DNA of 64,000 nt, taken from positions 20,770,001 to 20,834,000 of the forward strand of contig JBHGNT010000002.1 of assembly GCA_043228905.1 (NCBI GenBank). The letters run 5' to 3'. The notes under the pieces were generated by a model. The model worked only from the letters and a program-made list of their open reading frames with translations, did no database searches and was not told the DNA's origin. A program made the position numbers and the translations under genes. Below, piece by piece: positions 61,201 through 64,000 of this stretch (position 1 is its first letter; each line of letters starts with the position of its first letter). Origin of the DNA: Azolla caroliniana (Eukaryota > Plantae > Polypodiophyta).

Positions 61201-64000
61201 GTAGTATTCATTTGGCTCAGAACCCGGTGTTCCACGCGCACATGAAGCATATCGAAGTGCACTATCACTTCATTTGAGAGCGCGTCCAGGCTGGAGATGT
61301 CAACTAGCAACACATTAGCCAAATCTTCAGGTTTCCAACATCTTCATGAAAGCCTTAGGAGTCGACAAGCTTGTGCAATTTATATCGGACCTAGGTCTAA
61401 CGATATATGCATTCCGAACCTAACGGGGAGTACAACAACCGATGAGTACAACGCAACAGTCGATCAGTTGATCAATGGACACAAGCCAACCAAGGGGAGT
61501 CAAAGACAAGCCACACAAATCAAACAAGGAGTCGAAACAATCGAAGCCAAGTTGGTCGACCATCCAGCCATAGAGACGAGAAATCTAGAAAGCCGAAACG
61601 AGCCAAAGTATCGAGACAATCTCACCGGCGACCAAACGTTGTGTTCGACAGGGCATGTTGAGAATCAAACCCAACTACCCCAATGAAATGGCTTTCGCAC
61701 TAGCAATGGACACACTAGGCTAGTTTTGTAAATAGCGAAAAGAGAAATTGCACTAGGTTAGTTGGTATTTAAACCAACCTTTTGTAACTTAGTTACTGTT
61801 GGATGTAATTTATTTTTTGTTTAATATAGCTTCTTGTTCTATGTGTGTGTGTGTGTGTGTGTTGGGTTTACACACACACACTCACTCACTCACACACACG
61901 CACACACACGCATGCACACACACATAGTTCCTTCCGTTGCACAAGATCACCTAGACTCACGCTTCTTTACAGAGCGGACTTCTCGCGACCAAGATTCGGC
62001 AACATTAATTTGGTTTCCATATGGGGGGTGATTCGATTCGGAAGAGCTTGCATCCCGATCGAATTTATGACCATTCCCTTTTTTGTTGATTGACCAGTAG
62101 TTGACAATGTTGTGGCTGGCCCTTTGGCTTGCCGTTCCACGACTTCGACCTTGGACGATCATTTCTCCTCCTTGGTTGGATTTGATCATGATTGGTTCTT
62201 TGAGCCATTCCCCTGAAGAAGTGTGCTTCGGCGTTGTCATCGATGGTGAGTTCCATCGACTTTCTTCGACGGTCTTCTGATAAGATATGCTTGATCGCTT
62301 TGTCAAGTGTCAGCTTTGTCGAATTGTTCATGATGGTCGTGGAGAAGACTTCCCAACTTGCTAGGAGGTTGGAAAGGAGTGCAAGTGCCTTGATTTCTTC
62401 TTCAAAATTCAGGCCTGGTGAGGAGAGTTCGGTCAACACCCGACTGAAGATGTTGACATGGAAGGTGGTCGCTTCTATCTCCCTCATCTTCATGTTAAAT
62501 GATTTCCGAATCAAGATGAGTTTGGAGGAGCTCAACTTCATTTCGTATATTGATTGAAGTTTCTCCCATTTTGGGGATGCAATCGTCTCTTTAGCCATGT
62601 TGAAGTAGACCTTTTAGGCCAAATGCATTCTAATGGTCGACCTTGCAATTTCGTTGAGTGATCGCAATTCTACTGCTAACATCTCTGTCGGCTTTCTATT
62701 ATGTTGAATCGCCTCTATTTGGCATCAGATGATCAACACATCCTGCATCATCACCTTCCATAGGGCAAAATGTTTTGCCATCGAATTTCCTGATTTCCCA
62801 GCCAGTGTCAAATATCGAAGCCATCATTCTTGTGGAAGCAATTATTTGGCCTAGTCCTTTCCTTCAGTCAATTTTCCTTCTTCTTGTGTTTTTGCTTTGA
62901 TTCGCCCTAATACCAATTTGTAGACATTGTATGTGTCTTGGTCGACGATGATGTGTAAGGTTGGTCAAGTGATGCGGAAATATATATGGATCTTGTTGAA
63001 TGGAATTTGCAAACAAGTAATAGGTGAGGAAGGATGTATATGGTTTATGGAAAAAATAGGTGAGGAAGAATATGGATAGAGAGTAAAGAAAGAAGATGAT
63101 AGTTACACGGTTATGAGGCAAGATGATTGTTGCATTACAATTCCTTCGAACTTCTTTACAAGACTCGGTTCTCTCTTATTTATAGTTAGGGTAACTGAGC
63201 CCTATTCCTTTTGGGAGTGTTCACATGAGAAGGATACAGTAAATGGGTAGAGTGGGACTTTTAACCCAACAATGTGGTATACCTTCCGTCATCTTGGGAT
63301 GATTATGTAAGTTCCCTTCACTTGGGAAGAATTTGTTGGCTTTCTCCAGATTTTGAGCTATATTCCTCTTTTGTCCATCAGGCATTGTTAGTCGAAGCTC
63401 TGAAATATTGCTTGATTTAAAGCTACATCTCATCATATTCTTCCTCTTACAACATCACCACTACCTTACTAAAGACTATACCAACATGGGCATGTGAAGT
63501 TGTAAAGAAAACTAATCCAAGATCTTTATTATTTGTGTGAATCTCATCTTAGCCCTTATATCTTGCCCTTACCAAAATATCTACTACATTGTAGTGTCAC
63601 CCCACCACATGTTGAATATCCATCAAAGAATATTAATGTGTGGAGCTGAGCATCAAAAGATACATTAGAGAATAGAAAGACAATTTATTGCTATGATCAT
63701 TGTCATGCGTATGAGATAATGTCAATCTTCTTTGCTTACTAACAAAATTCCACAATATTCTCTTTTTCCTTTGGCATACCCTCTTTGTCTTTCACTTCAT
63801 ACCTTTTCCCTAAACCAGATTATCTATTGATTCCCATAATCCAATCGAGTTGGTATCCACTCTTATGAACTTCTTCTTCTCCATGACCAACTTGTGTAAA
63901 GGTCCTACAACATGCTTGTAGTGTGGAATCAACATTGCTTTGGTTGATCTTTGGCCCAATTTTACTTCTTTATCTTCTTTCGCAACCTGTGGAAAGGTCC

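Larger units (their letters stand above)
53512..61971 (+). mobile_element. Degenerate Ty1/copia element (5' LTR 53512-58414 split by a LINE; 3' LTR 61656-61971); integrase deleted
   Basis: LTRs TGTTGAGAATCAAACCCAAC...CTTCTTTACA, PBS TGGTATCAGAGC at 58415-58426, TSD GAGAG/GAGCG. gag, CGYCGKLGH, RT LYVDDL and RH HAHMKHIEVHYHF are present. Confidence 0.9.
27175..63454 (-). mobile_element. Outer Ty1/copia element split by nested insertions (5' LTR 62919-63454, gag about 62820-61980, PR-INT-RT-RH about 30860-27850, 3' LTR from 27175)
   Basis: Similar LTRs at 27175-27530 and 62919-63270, PBS TGGTATTAG next to 62919, and domains in copia order. The protease motif W..|LDLGTTFHVTP is split across the gypsy insertion. 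No clean TSD, so the two halves could be different family members. Confidence 0.7.

Overview
Eukaryotic, TE-dense genomic window from a land plant; the TE families suggest a non-seed plant such as a fern or lycophyte (inference). There is one 100-N gap (5784-5883). Two convergent intron-containing host genes form a small island: a TlyA/YqxC-family rRNA methyltransferase (+, 14656-19919) and an LHT-type amino-acid transporter (-, 20993-23881). The rest is mostly decayed, nested retroelements: several Ty1/copia, two Ty3/gypsy lineages, solo LTRs and a near-intact LINE. The most notable feature is a 10.8-kb DNA transposon (32270-43068) inserted in a gypsy LTR. It has 25-bp GGG...CCC TIRs, a TAAT 4-bp TSD and a spliced Sola2-like DDD transposase. 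On the opposite strand it carries two accessory genes: a 5-exon coiled-coil/RING protein and an FCP1/NIF-family HAD pseudo-phosphatase. Two of its introns are about 1.2-kb arrays of the palindrome TAGCTAATTAGCTA, which also occurs subterminally and between the convergent genes. All calls come from reading the sequence by eye; no database searches were run.
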